Shown: positions 26,301 through 41,900, counted from the first letter of the stretch. The stretch is 64,000 nt of DNA from Auanema rhodensis (GCA_964057225.1 OZ059899.1:14136001-14200000); one strand, 5' to 3'. Made by a program: numbers and translations. Notes: generated by a model not told the origin, from the sequence alone.

Positions 26301-29300
26301 TAGAGAGATAGGGGAGAATATATGAAAACTGTTTCATCTTCGTATCCATAGCAGTAAAATGAAACTCTTCCGAAGTGATTGAGATAATCTATAGCTAAGG
26401 CGCTTGAAAACGTTTTGCTACCTGAAGACGGTATAAATCCTTTCAAGATTTTCGTCCGCACGAAAGCTTTTTGTTCAAAGCGGAACATATCGGCTCCAAT
26501 TAGCAACCTTAAACTGAATCATGAACAGGTGGTCAAAGAAGAGCCTCAACATGTCCTATAGCCGACCATCTACCTCAACTCATTCTCCAATATTTTTCTC
26601 TTCTTCTCTCATCCTTTGATTGTACTGCTCCCTTATTCGTACTGTTCCTAGCCATCTCTCTGTCTGTCTCTCTCTCTTTCTCGCATTATGTTGCTCGTTC
26701 GCTGATGTGTTCCAAACACATGCAGTGCCATCAGACAACAGCCATGCTACCAGCATGAGCATAATCGACCATCACTAGATTTGCTTGACCTCACTAGCGG
26801 ATCCTTTCAGATGTGCAGATCTGGCACATAAGGGGGAGGCCAACTGAAAACAGACTGAATTTCTGGCAGGATGGTTGTAGGTGAGCAAGAAAGGATAACG
26901 ATCATCAAGACCTTGGCAGCTTTCATTTCAATTTTGTGATGAGATTCAGAATTTCAGCAAAGTGTTTTGCGGATGGCGTCGATTTACTCTTAGATCTGAA
27001 TGAGTTTCAAAAATATCAGCTGCATGGCGGCACAAATTGACGCTTTAGGGTTCTGAAGATAAAACAACCAGTACACGAGAAAGTGGAAAAGCTATTTCAG
27101 AAAGCTTTTTATCTAAAGAGAAAGCCTATATAACATCTTTCTTTTATGGGTGTACGATGAGCGGGAAAGGGAGAAGCTTCGTTTAACAATTAGTTGGCCA
27201 GGGAAGGGAGAAGTGAGGGTTTCACAAGAAATGCCAAAACTATTCAAATGATGTGGAAGAGCATTATCTGCATACTGCAGCCAACTCCATCCTTCCGTAT
27301 TGTATCGAAAGTTTCAGTTCCTTTAACATATATCTGGTTATCTGACGTCATAAGTACCAAACGTTCTCATTAAAACTGCCTCACAGACATTGCCATATTA
27401 TGTGTAAAAGGGGCTAGGAAACGAATATAATTCATTCTCGCAGTTCTTCTGAAAGGATAATCAAGATGGAGCCAAGTTATATGGTTGGAACAGACGATTA
27501 GCAACACAGTATCCTGAGAGAATGTAGTGGAGGGAGAAGAAGATACTGTGTTGAAGACTAAGAGAACGAGGGGATAAACAACATAAGCATGAGAGAGGGA
27601 AAGAGAGGAAAGCTTGGACAGAACAAGATGAATTCATTGCTATCTGACGAAGAAATAGGCGAAGATGAGAAAATGAAAATTAGATAGGCGATTGGACTGA
27701 TGGCAAGGAGCGCCACACGGCCAAAACGAGCTGCAGTCCAGAGTGTAATTGAAATGATATAAAGTAGATGAGGATATATCTAGAGAACATGAGAAGAGAA
27801 GAGAGAGTATGAAAAGCAAGAGATGCGCTCGTATACAGCAACTGTTTATGCTTCAAGCTGCTACTGCTCTGTTTCTTCTTTCTCTCTACGGCAGGTTCAA
27901 CCAAAATGGCGTCAACGACGACGTCGACGACGAACATGAAGGCGACACACAAGCACAACAAACGCTCTTCCCTTTCTCTTTCTCTCTCTCTCTCTTTCTA
28001 TGTTTCTATAATAAATTCTGTCTCTTCTACATTTCAATATTCTTTTTCTATTTCTCTCTAACTCTCTCTCTTTCTCTTTAGATCGACGTGTTCTTTTTCA
28101 GTTCGCTCAGATCCCGAAAAGCATGTAATCGTCTAATAGTGGTTCTGTTTGGCCAAGTGACGAGAAGAGACGAGCTTTCCGGAGAAAGAAACAACCCATG
28201 TTGAAAAAAAAAGAAAAATGCTCCAAAGACAATAACTGGGGGAAGCTATGAATGGAGGATATGGAATGGGGAACAACTTAATTCTTTCGCTTCGGGATTT
28301 GGTAAAGGAAACACTTTTCAATTAACGTCTAACTATGCATATAGTGACAGATGATGATGAGCAGGAAGAATATAGTAATGAAAGGAAACCATCTAATATT
28401 CAGGTAGAATATATGAAGAAGAAGAGAATTAAGTATGATTGAGATGATGAGTTAACACAGCATCTGAGCAATTTTCAAACCCAAAAATACAGAGAGAGAG
28501 AGACAACGAATATATTGTGAATAAGTGAATGATGACACTTGTTACAGGCATTGATGGCATAGTTCTAGAAAGATAGAGAGAGAAAGATGTATGAAGAGTG
28601 AGATGATTGACGAAGAAAATGGATATTCAAGAGAGGAAAACAGTAAAAAACGGTTGTGTGTCACTGAATACAGTTGATGATGAATTGTAACGGAAGGACG
28701 AAGCGCAACATGAAATCTGAGTGACAGACAACAAGCGCAATTCAATTGAACAATAAAAAAATTTTTTCCCAATTTCAGAAAAGAAATTTATGAAGTGAAT
28801 GAGAGATTGAATGAATGTGTGAGACAAGTCAAATATATAGAGATGACAAATGAAGACGATTATAGTATGAGATGATGCGTGACTTAAAGTAGTACATTGA
28901 GAGAATAGGAAGAGGGGGGGGGGGTGATGTGGGGAGAGATGACGGGCATGCCGTCTATGTAGAATACCTTGTGTTGGATCATCAAAGCTTGAAGCTCATC
29001 TGACTAGTCAAAGTTAAAGATAATCATTATGAGCCGATGATTCAGTAAAGTGAATTCGAAAGCGCATGTTCATGAAGGTAAGGAATGATGTGGGACGATG
29101 ATGTGGGCACAGAATATTTGACCTCAGTGAAAATCGTTAAGGAAACCCTGTAAGTGACCTAGGGCTTAAGGTATAGCACATAAGTATATCGCAGTTATAG
29201 ATAAATCTGATGAATTGCGTGTCCAACAACAGGATGAGATACAACATTTCAAATGAGCTTGTCTTCGCTTTTTTTGTTGATGAAACTACTATTATGTCTT

Positions 29301-29374
29301 CAGAATCTTCATCTGTAACTGAGATGAGGTCAAATCTATGTTGAAATTAGCAGATGAGAGAGTTAACCATGACA

Positions 29375-29378
<4 letters not shown>

Positions 29379-29427
<49 letters not shown>
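29379..29427. repeat. (AG)n microsatellite
   Basis: About 24 uninterrupted AG units. Confidence 0.95.
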
Positions 29428-29433
<6 letters not shown>

Positions 29434-30232
29434 AAGAGGGAAAAGTATGAGGGATTGAGAAAATTGTTAAAAGGAATGATGAAGATGATGAATTGAAGAA
29501 AAAGGGAAGAACAAGGTTAATTTCTATAAGTAAAACATGGTTATAAGAAAATGTTATAGGATATAGTATGTAAATATGAGAGATTTGAGGGATATTAAAT
29601 GAAGAATTTGAGAGTCTGATTGATTACCCTAAACTATGAGCTATTAAACCTTATTTAGCCTATTGTAAAGATGTCTGTCTAATATGTTTCTCTAACAACT
29701 CTCTAATTGTTATATACATTACTGTACTATCTCATTCTATAGAAGAAGAAGTCTTCATCCCACATCAACATCTATGTTACTGTTGTTGCTCTTTCAAGGA
29801 CATTCACAGTATTTCAGAAAGGTATTGTTCGTCTTGTCACCTTTTCTATTAACTATATACACATATAGTTTAGATAATTGGCTAAGAAAAACATATCGTC
29901 AATACATGACAACTGAGATTAATAGTAAAATACTAAACATTGGAAAGGATATTGTAAGAAGGAAATCCTTTATTATATGTATAGTTAAGGGAATTAAAGG
30001 GAGCAAATATATATGCTAACTATATCATATAATCAATAGTGCAATTTGAAGTGAATGGAAGATGAGAAGGATGGAGAGAAGCGACATATTCAACGGTGCA
30101 AGCGAGTATATTGAATGCACAACACTTTTGGAAAAAAAATCGAAAATGCTGTCGCCTAGTGCACCAAATGGCCATATACTACAACTATTGCTCCATGTTT
30201 ACAAACTATTTTAATAGTTATTTTCATAACTA

Positions 30233-30236
<4 letters not shown>

Positions 30237-30295
<59 letters not shown>
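30237..30295. repeat. (TA)n microsatellite flanked by an inverted repeat
   Basis: About 29 TA units, bounded on both sides by the self-complementary TATGCATA. Confidence 0.95.
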
Positions 30296-30298
<3 letters not shown>

Positions 30299-33294
30299 TA
30301 ACTATAACATATCGTAATTAGTTTGATTATGCCGACAGGGTTGCTTGACCTTATGTCCGTTTGCTGCTTATTTTCATTTCCTGTTTCTAAATGATTAGTA
30401 CCAGATGGCTTGCTGGTATATAGCTAGCATTATACAGTTTGTATTTCCTTTTCTTGATAAATCCCACTTTGCGTATATCTTATATGGCAACTACTACTAT
30501 ATATTGGCATAATCTACCTTTATACTACATTCCTAACCCTCCGTTCCCAACTTATATCACTATTCTGTTTCATGCAAGCAATCGGTTCAAATAGTATGTC
30601 TTCGATATCCTTCTACATTACATTTTGTGATCAAAATCTGTCTAGCGGCTTAAATTGGAGTCTAACTGGCCATCATAGACATTTCAATATCACATCTTTT
30701 CATTCTAAAAAGGAATAATCATCGTCACAAACTAGTGACGACAGACAGTAGTAGGTAGGTAATGTCGCTGAATGATGACGATTATTTTCTATCCACTTCT
30801 CTATATTTCTCTCGTCTAGTCTTTAACTTCAGTCATATTAGAAACCGGAAATGAAAGAATCTAGGTACATCTGGATAATATCGAAGGGAACGACCAGAAG
30901 AGAAATAGAAGATGATGTTCAAAGAGAGAGAGAGAGAGAGGGGGGTGGGAGAGATCGAGAGAGAAGGGGGAGAAGACTAGAGGTGCATGATACACAACAA
31001 AATGAAATAGTTAGTAAGTATGTAGAGGATATAGATGATCTTCTGAGAGTGATCTGGCAGTCTGTACCAGTATTTTTGTGATCAAAAGAATTGGCCTATG
31101 AGGTACTAAACGGATGGATGTATGTATATGTAGTTGACATACACATCATGAAAATGAAGATTTGAGTAAGTAAGTGAGTATGTGAGGGATATGAATGGAA
31201 ACAGATTCGCTTTCAAGCTTTTGTCTTTGTGACTTCATTTCAGCACCTGGATGGCCTTCATTCAAATCTATTTTCATCATCCTTCATTGATATTCAAAAC
31301 TATTTATGCCAATGGTTAAGAGCTGACTGAAGGTGTGCTTTTAACACCTGCCACATATACGAAAGAAGGCTAAAATACTAAAAGAATATTTAGAATCTTT
31401 AAATAATTTGGATATTGTTCTATGTATAGTTAACCTTCATATATAGTTAAATTGCTTGTTAGATTCATACTGCCATCTGCTCAGTAATCTTCAAGTCATC
31501 GATACCCAATCATTATTTCTTGATTCTAAACTACACCAGAAGACATTGGACATTCTTTTTCTCTTCGTCAGGGTTGAAAAAAAAAGTTTTTTTCTGTCTC
31601 AGAATGTCAAAAAAAGGCTGTTACAGCATGTCTGCTAATATTCTTCTTGCAACCAAAAAAGGTGTCGTCTATGTCAAGCATCTGCTCATGCTTATTAAAA
31701 TACTTTCATTTAAATCTTTTTAACCTTCAGCCATCTAAGAAAGTATGGATGTATACGGTAACTAGGAATAACGCCCCAAGGCGCGTTGCTATTATTGGTT
31801 CATCACTCCTCCTAAGAATATGGTGAAGGAGGCAGAGAGGACAAGACAGCGCACGCCTCGGATTACGGTAGCAGTTTCTATGTTGGCAAAGAAAGTGTGA
31901 GAAAACGAGGAGATATGAGAGAGATAAATCGGAAAAAAAATTCGTTCATAAGAGAGAAAGAGAGAGAGAGATAGGAAAAGAGGAAGAGATAGTGATGGAC
32001 CAATTGAGCAGCTTGAGCAATAGCAACTCTGGAAGCAGCGACAACGCGAAGCTTAATCAGGAGGCAGTTTATAAGGAAAACGAGAAATAAGCTCAAGCAT
32101 TCAGCTCAATTCGCACACATACACACACACACATCTATATATATCTATATATACACACACATATACACATACACCGCTCAGAGAAAGAAGGAAATTGGCA
32201 ATTTCTAATTATGACCAGCTTTTCTCGATCATTGTTATGCTATTTCAGGAGAACGATTCAATTGCCTGGAGGGTAAACAACTTCTGTCTTTCCAAGCTTT
32301 CTTTTTTCTAATTCTCTCCCGTTCTCATTCGGCTACATAGTCTTTCAATCACTGCAGCTCTTCCAATTGTATTGATATGAGATCAATAGTGAAATTATCA
32401 TGATGGAAGCAAGTTGTTTCAGCTTCGTTTCCTCTATGTTTAATCCGTGCTTGTTGGTTACTATGTAAGGTGTGACGGAAAAGTCATAACTCACATGACA
32501 ATAGGTCATCATAATCGTTCTTGCAAATCTCTTGTCGGTCGGGATTTGACAATACCAGCCTGACCGGAAGTGTTTATACTTAAGATTTGTAGATAAAAGA
32601 CAGATTAAGGTGAAAGAAAAGAAAGAAATTACTAATTTCTATCTTGTATATCTACTGTTTCATTGCAGTTTCATCTATCTCTATCTCTTGTTCTTTGCCT
32701 TTCTCTTCTTTATTATCGTTTTTTTTATTTATAAAAAGTCCAATTACCGTAATTAAAGGAGCGCTTGTGTCTATGTTGTCTGAAGACAATTGCGAGATTC
32801 TAAACTAGGTAAACATGTGAGGTTAGGCGGGATAGGCAGGATAGGCTGTATACATGATGATCATGTGCATCATGTGTATTAAAAGAAAAAAAAAGAAATA
32901 GGAATACATGAGAGAAGATAGAGTACAAGAAATGGAGAGTGAGATGAGAGAGAGAAAATGGTAGAGAGCAATATAACGGCTGGAAAATCAACGTGGCTAG
33001 ATAGGATAAGGGACGAGGTGCTGTTCGAAATTGAACATATATAACCAAAAACATTGTGTAAATTAGAGAGAGAGAAAGAAAGATAGAGAGAAAACGAAAG
33101 AGAGGCAGAGAAAGTAATGGAAAACGATGAATTTGCAGAGATGAGGGACTGTAAGGGAATTTCGAATCTAATTGTTGACGCTAAACAATCTCTTCATAAT
33201 CTGCTGCATTATAAATTGAATCTCATCTTTTTATTCTCTCTTAGATATACATAATCTTTCGTTTTTCAACCCTCATATAGAACATACTTCGTTG

Positions 33295-33296
<2 letters not shown>

Positions 33297-33325
<29 letters not shown>

Positions 33326-33326
33326 T
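33297..33326. repeat. (CAT)10 trinucleotide repeat
   Basis: Ten perfect CAT units. Confidence 0.95.
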
Positions 33327-36300
33327 GAGTAGCAGCAACGAATCTACTCTACCATCCTGCTGCTGCTGCTACTGCTGCTACTGCAGCCAACTATCCACCA
33401 TCAACACCACACATTCTATTGATGAGTGTGACTAGCAAAGAACATGATTCACCTTGAGAGATTTCGGTCATTCTACCAATTGACACTCAATTAAGGATAC
33501 GGTATAATCAGAGCGGCTAGCACCGACAATTAGCATTGTTAACTACAGTGTGTCAGATTAGTGTATAGTCAGTGTTATATTGGGGCTATTTCTCTGAAAA
33601 TTTTCTTTCTCGTTGGTCATCACTAGCCGAAATCTTTCTATTCAACACCTTTTCCTTTTCATCAATCTGTGTTTCTCTCTATCTATCTATCTCTCATTTC
33701 CTCTTTATCCATCATTCAACTTGCTTTTCTCTCCAATTGCACATACATAGAGATAGATTTCTCTCCAAATCTCTTTCAAAACTCTTAGTGTAGTTGGATA
33801 TCTTTAGGTTTTCAGGTTTTGGGGGAGATATACTAGATGGTTAGTTAGAGAAAATGAGGATAGGCAAGTGTGAGACAAACATTTTCAAAAAGAAATGGTA
33901 ATGCTCTAAGAGGGATGAGAGGGAATAGAGGGAAGGGGGGGAATAGATAGAAATGCAAGATGGGAAAATGCTATAGAGTAATAGACTGAAAAGAGTAAGT
34001 CAGAAATATTGCATAATTATTTCTAAATAAGATCATGTGCTATAAGGACTTGAGAATATGCATATAGTATATAACCGGGGTCATGATATAATTAATATCG
34101 TATAATTAAGTGTGGATGACTGGGCCAAGCATATTCTTCAGCATACTTAAGTTCCCTTGTTTTCATCCAATAAGAAACATCTTGTTTTTCTTATGTAATG
34201 AATTGCACAACTATCCTATATGGTATATAGTTAGGTGAGTATATGGAAAAAAAATCCAAGAAATAAGATTAGTAAGGGATCAGATTCAGAGCAATTGTTT
34301 GTAATGCTGAAACTATAAAAAGTAGGTGATACCATAAACAAAGGTCTGATTAAAAGACATCATCTTAAAGAACCTGCTGTTCAAATAATTATTATAATCA
34401 AGACATATTGCTTAATTATACTAACTATGTACACAGTTTATATAATGAATGAAGACAACTTAGTCAGGCATCTTCTCACCTGGTCTTTGTTGGTATTGTC
34501 TATCTCTTCTCGAGTTTTCCATCTCCGTGATGCATGTTAGAGAAGTATGGAAGAAGCAAGTTGATTGACAAGCGCAGCCAGAAGGTAGTCTCGAATTACC
34601 TTTTGCACATATCTCTATAACTCTTCAATGCCATACTATCTCAACATTCTCTGCTCACAGAGACATCGGAAAAGCATGAGAGATAGTGTTAAATAGAGAG
34701 ACAAAGAGAAAGTGACAGAGAGATAGTAAGAACAGTATATATCAATCGTCTTTGTATTATGTGTGTGATGATGAGGATGATGATCGTTGTTTACAGAGAA
34801 TCTGTGCGCACATCTGCATAAACGTGCTGGATTAGGCATACAATCTTCCTTTCTACATTCAACCTTTTCCACTTCTCTACCCTTCTGATCAGTTCAAGTT
34901 TCGCGAGATGAAACAGGGGACCATAGTGCATGACTTAGAGAAACAGAAGCTTTTTTTTTCTATATGAAGAAGCGGAAAAGAGAATCAAGCAAGTGATCGA
35001 AGGGGACGCAGAGGTAATGGAGTGTGACGTCGCCCGACCGCAAAAGCGAAAACATACAGTAATCTTCTAACATAGAAGTGAGAGAGAAGAGAAAGAGAAG
35101 CCGAAGAATCTAGCCTTAGCATTTCAAAAAGACGAGACATTAATCGAATAAGGATTGTCCTTTTCACCCTTCATCTTGCAGCCAATGTCCGATAAGATAA
35201 TAGAGATCATATACCGTAGTCAAGAAATAAAAGAAGCGAGAAATATGAAGAAAGAGCGTGTCAAAGATGAAAAGGTGTGAAACTGGGGAAATGTGAATTA
35301 AATTTCTTCCAGACATCAAGGAAACCTGCATGCTCGAGTAGTCTAGAGAAAAGAGCAATTGAATCCTTATTTAAAGCTTTGTTCATCCTAATGCTAAATA
35401 AATTCAAAAGTTCGTCGACGCGTGTAAAACGGACGTGAATAATTAATTTGTAGTGATGTTGTGTATGTGTGTGTGTATATGCTTGGTAAAGAGGAAGAGA
35501 TGATGAGAATGGAGAACTTTCTTTTCCTTAAATGGACGATGAGCCTGGTTGAATCGCGGCACATCTGGCAAATGCTTTCGCTACTTTTCGCATACACTTC
35601 CTCATCGTCATCTTTTCATGTAGCACAGCCGACATGCTGAAGGCCATCTCCAAGCTCAGTTTGGAGAAGGCAGTGAGCAGCTTGAAGCAAGGAAACAAGC
35701 TTATGGGGGGTCGGCAAGCACTTTGTTTTATTGCCTTTTACTGGCATCCATGCTCAGGAGATTTCTCTTTTTCTCTCTGTTTCTGTTCTATCTCTTTCTA
35801 AAGACATAGGAGCAGCAAACTGCAAGCAAACTAACTGCATAAGGTTATTTCATCTCCAGATTACAACAGCTTCTCCGAGATGAAAGTCCAAGAGAGAGGG
35901 GACACATCATGGGGGATAGCCCTTGAACTGAACAATATAGTTAACAAGCCACATATGCTTTATTCTCGATTAATTACTTGAGTAATCTAGAAATGACTGT
36001 AAATGTCTAAGACAATTACAATTGGAGAAGCAAGATAAACAGCTTGAAATGTAACCAAGCTAAATAGTCGAAGGGAAATCATACGAAATATCCAAGCTCA
36101 TCAAGAAAACACAAAATGTGGATAGAATTTTAGAATTAAAATAATTGGCTAAAAGAAAAACAAAAGTTAAAAACGGTCCATAAACTATTCAAACACCAAA
36201 AAAACTGCCGATAATTTTATGGCAAAATAACAAAGGAAAGCGACAAAAAAAGGGACGAAAATAGAAGACTATGGAAGAGAATTGGAGATTTGTGATGGTT

Positions 36301-38920
36301 TAATTCTTATATAAAAAAATTGGGCAAAAGGATTATGGGGGGGGGGGGAGAGAAACGTAAATGGAATAGCTTCAGAATATGACTTTTTTTTCAGAATACG
36401 AATGATCCACGTGTCATAAATATGATTATAATGATGACAACGTTCATATTGGATAGGCCATTCAAATACATAAAAGCATCTATAGTTCTCACGGTTATGT
36501 CTTAAAGGAGAGATGCTAACAAGCCGTTTGTCCAAAAAACTGTACTGTATGTAGATTATTATGGAGATGAAGCATTGTATATTGATAGACTTTCATAGGC
36601 TTTCATAATGTAGAATTTATTTTCAATTTTATAAAGTCCTAACTACATTGTTGAAGATACATTGAGATAGTAATGAAAAACGGATCATATAGTTATAATA
36701 ATTAGATGTTCTATATTTATATAGAAAACACTATATATGAACATATAATGTTATGAGTTGATAAAAAAACATTGAAATAATGATATTGGTTTATAATATC
36801 TTCTTTCTGTGATCTGTCTATTATAATCCTCGCAAGATAGATTTAGAAGTTGAAAATATGAACTGGCTGAGAGATGATCATAGCATGAGAAAACGGCAAA
36901 TAGCCTTTATCAGTATTCTGTATCAACTTCAAAGTAATAGTTTATTTTAATTTACATTTTGTAAAACTATTTATATATAGTTAGTTAGAACTAACTTCAT
37001 ACTTCTTCAAATATTCTTGTTTCTAAATCGCAAGCGTAGTCATGGGCATGAGAGCTTGAGAGAATTTAGTTGTTTCTCCTCGTACTACCTTTATAGCATT
37101 CGTGCTCTTGCTCTCTTTCTTTTTATTTTTTTTCAAAAACCTCTTTTTATATTCTTCATCCTCTCTCTCTCTCCAATTTCGGCTTCTTATTTCTCTTTTA
37201 TTTTGTTTGAGCATAACTGGCGCCGACGGTGGATGCATGGCATAAGCTGTCGAAGTTTGACTAGTCCAAACTTTACTCTTTCTCATGCTCTTCACCTCAA
37301 TTTATGTTTTTCTTTTCACATTTATTTTCTCTGACTCTCCTTCCAATAGGCTTATCTAGGAGGATGACTAGAAATGGCTTCAGAAAATACTACAAAAACA
37401 GTCGATCTTAATGAAATATTCAGCAGAAAAGCTTCTAGGCAGTAACTGACGAAAATTCATAAAGAGGGAGAAAATTGCTCCATTAATTTCTTGTTTTTCG
37501 TTTTTTCCATCCGACTTTTGAACATCCTCGATTTGTGACATTTTTTTCGGTCCGTTTACAGCATCATCTACGAATCTAGAGATGAGGCTCTCTACACGGC
37601 GAGTATTCTGGTATTCTTGTATTCAAAAATTCTTTTTTTTTGCTCAAGTTTAGCAAAAATAAGGAATGGATGATGAGAATAAAAATTGGCTGAACGAACT
37701 TCAACATCAGGGGACCGAGATGTTGATGATGATGTAGTCAAAATACAGTGGCTTTCAGTTTCCATAGTCTTAATGCTTGTTCGTGGTGCCATGCTATCGT
37801 CGGTACATCCTGTTCTATTCCAAATGAGGCACAGATGGAATTGTTGAAGCAATATATGCAAGATATACGCATAGAAATATTTTTGAAATTGAAATCGTGT
37901 CTTCATCTGATCTTGACCGACAAATTGCGGCATGATGCAATTTTTTATGATTATAGTAGGAATCGAAAGAGAAAAATGAGAATGAATAAGAGAGTGAGAG
38001 GTGTATGACATTTTGTATTAAATTAAATTGTAGCGGAATCGGGAATGTCATAGTTAATGAAAGGTTTTTTCTTCATTTTGAGCTATAAGCATTGGCAGTT
38101 ATATGGTATTCAAATGACATTGTCAGTCGTCTCACTTCTTATATGCTCTCTGATGATTGAGATGATTGGTGTGAAAGGGTTTTGCTTTTTTACAGAAATC
38201 AAAAAAACAGATATATACACACACACACTCCCATATATCTAAACATATAGATATGTCTGTATATACAGAAGACCGTTAGATATATGGAGAGAATAAGAGA
38301 TAGAGAAAAGAAATAAGAGAGGAAATCAGAGGGCGAACAGGGCACAACAAAGACATTTCAGGTGACAGTATGTCCTTGACTAAGGTAATTGTTAGTAGAT
38401 AAACCTATTATTTGGCAACAGATTCCTCATGTTTAATTTGAAAAAAAAAATTTTTTTTCTCTTTTCTGATCTCTGTATACCTTATGGATATAATAATAAC
38501 AATATTGTTTATACGTATAATTAAGGAAAGAAAATTATATCAATCCGAGATAGATATTTGCACGCCTAACAGACTACATCTTTCTTTCACAAATTATAAA
38601 TGTTATTATAATATGCAGTTCAGTAGTTACTATTCAGATTTCTCATTTTCTAGTAATTTTAGCTTCCGGAACTGCTATGGTTTCATATAGCATGCTACAT
38701 CATTTATAGCACACTGTTTGAGTCTTTTGTCAGAATTGTCGGGCAAGTTCAAGCGGTCATAGAAAATAGTTGAAGACTGAATTGGGTATTATGAAGATAT
38801 AATATGTTGAATATTAGTATCATGGAAAAGAAATGTTGAGATAGAGCAAAGAGAAAGAGATAAGTCGTTCACAACTAATTGTATGAAAATTGAGGATTTA
38901 GTAGTCGTTCTCTATGTGTT

Positions 38921-38959
<39 letters not shown>

Positions 38960-41900
38960 ACTTCTCTGTTCATATTCTGTTTCTATTACCGATATATATA
39001 TACTATATATGTATATGCATGTCTGTATCATATTGTATATATTATTCGGACATTGAAATCATGATTATATCGCCGTTCATATTTGGCTGGATTGGTTGCG
39101 GGATACTCAAAGACTCCAATCATCATCAAAATACGGTATAATAGGCTAGTCAGATTGTAGGCTCATTATCCAGAAAAGACATAAAGAAAAAGTGAAACGA
39201 GGGAAAAGGGCTGAGAAGTGAATGAGGGTTAGGTTAGGAAAGAGAGAGGAAGCGTGAGAGAGAGTGGAAGAGAGAAAGAGAGAGAAGAGGATATTAATAG
39301 GAAGATCTGAATCAGGTAATTGAGAGACGGATATGAAATACGTATAACTTGAAAGAGTGAAACATAAAGCAATTCAGAGAGAAAAGACAAAATACAGGTA
39401 GGATTGACAAAACCAGAGCATCAATAAGTACGAATACATGGGATTATCATGATCAGTCTTTGTTCTACGATACTACTTCTACGACTTAAATCTCTTTATC
39501 TTTATTGCACCCACGTATTCTGTTCTTTTAACAAGCAACATATAACTTATAGTACTTATCTCGATATATAGAAATACAGCAATCTCAGAAAAATTATTGG
39601 CGGGGCCAGCAGGTGGCCAAGCAATATTACTTTTAAGTTTTAATTAAAACGACAAAAACGATCGAATGGGCATACATGGAAGCAGTAATTTCAATGCAAT
39701 ATGATCAGAGACATACAGCTCCATTGACTGTATGTTAATAGAATAGCACAAATCCTATCGGAAATAATGTAATAAGTGGAAGATTTTAAGATGGAGCTTC
39801 GACAACCGGTGAGGGAATCAACTGAACGTTGGATGTGGAATATTGAATTGTTGGAGCATTAAACACTGCACGCATGTTGATGAACAGCTTTCAACAACTA
39901 TGCTCAAATGATGTTCTAACTCAGAGTATGAACAGGCAGAAACCACTAACTAACTGATAGTTATGCTTAAAGCATTGCAAAGTTATTTGTCTTTCGCTTT
40001 TCATCCTTATTTGAACAAACGCCTTGAATGACGACGTTTCAACAATCATAGATATGGATGACCTAACTACCGTATATTCTCAAGTTATTATATTGGGACT
40101 GTTATATGTTTGATATCTTGTCTGATAGTTGTTCATGCAGAAGCAAATGATACTTGTCAATGTCGCCAACGCTACACTACGTTCATCTGACTTGTCGTTG
40201 AAGCTGAGAGCATAAAGTTCTTTCAATGTTTGTTGCTTCATGAAGAATGACACGAGAAAGAAGCTGCAGGTTGAAACGACGACGATACAAGTTCCACGAA
40301 GAGATGACAATCATATCTCAATTCGCTAAACTTTCTTTTCTATATTTGAGTCTAGAAATAATCTTCATCAATAATTATTTCTAAGGCATATGTCAACGAG
40401 CTCATCTATCTTCCTTAGAGCTCTTCATAAAGAACTTTCCATTTAATTATTCATCAGCTTATTATAATTATAAACTCATTTAGATGGAGAAGAGCAGTGC
40501 CGCCAAAATGAACCACACTTTCCTCGTTGTCAATTCATTTTCGAACTTCTTTCTCTCGTCATAAGTATGATATGCACGACAATCCGACAACAGAGGGACT
40601 CACACATACACACACATATATATAATATATATTAATATACTAAACTACATATGTTATAGTTTATACGTATAAATCGTGTATAACCTTAATGCCAGTATGT
40701 CTTACATGATTATTGTTTTCATTCTTTTTTTTATGAAATATAATATGACGTCATGGTATAATTAAGGAAAAAAGATTACGGTATGGTTAGGTCACAACAG
40801 GTCACTAGACCTCACTAATGATGAAAGATGCACATAGAGCAATAGGTTAAGAAGTGATCAGGATATAATCATAGCTGGCTGTCCATACGATTTCTTTGTC
40901 TTCACAGAAAATACAAGTGTCTTCTATGCCTTTGAATGTCTTATGTCATGTCACTATCTTTCTCTTTCTTCTCCTTCTTCTCTCTGAGTTCAAAACTTCT
41001 GTGTCGGCCTGTCTCTACACAATTCTTTTTTTGTTCTTTCTTTCTCTACAACAGAAAAAAAGAAGAATTGAGAGAATGTTAAGGGAAACAGTTAGCGCTG
41101 ACTAGAGAGGATTGTAGTCTATGATAAAGGAAAGTCAAAGAAGATAAAAGCTACAGATATATGCATAGATGTACATGCAAAAAAGCCAACATTTCATAAA
41201 AGAAATAAAGATTTATGTTTTTTTATTTCAATGAAATATGAAAGAATCAATATATTGGATCTTCTTGAAATGCGTGGGAGAAAAAGGAAATGTTTGAAAT
41301 AGCAGCAGATGAACATACATGGAAATCGTCGACTATAAATGAAGAAAATGGAATAGAAATGATCGAAAAACTAATAGAAAATCCAAGGGTTACTTCATTT
41401 TGACAATGCTTTGAAAAGAATAAAAATATTTATGAAAATTGATAATATAGGAGAGTTTGGGCAACAGTGCAGCTGAAGGTTTTTATGATTTTACTCAAGA
41501 ATCCATCCACCTATGTGTATGTGTACATACCGCACAGTCAGACAAAAGTTGTACTTAGGAAATGTTAAGAAGGTAATATAGAACGATGGAAGTTGAAGAA
41601 AGTGAATGAATGGTGAGCAAGAACTGAGAGGATCGGTAAGAGCAGTGACGATACGCATGCTCAGTTCAGGAATAGGAAACGACAAGTCTAGTATAACATA
41701 ATAATAACATTAAATATTTACGATAAATTAGAAGATGAGGTCGAAGTATATTATAAGACTAAGGGAAAAAGGTCAGAAAATTAGAAAAGCCAAGATAGAT
41801 AGATGTCGGATATAGAATTGTCTATTAAAAAGAGAATTCAAATAAGACGACAAGCAGCTTAGCAAAGAAATGGCTCGTTAAACGGTTACTTAGATATTTA

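Noticed and set aside
32378-32400. TGAGATCAATAGTGAAA, resembling bantam/miR-80-82 family miRNAs (similar words at 14737 and 62558)
   Set aside because: The seed matches, but I could not pair the flanks into a convincing pre-miRNA hairpin.
37607-37619. 13-nt match to the body of miR-50
   Set aside because: No seed and no hairpin; within chance expectation.
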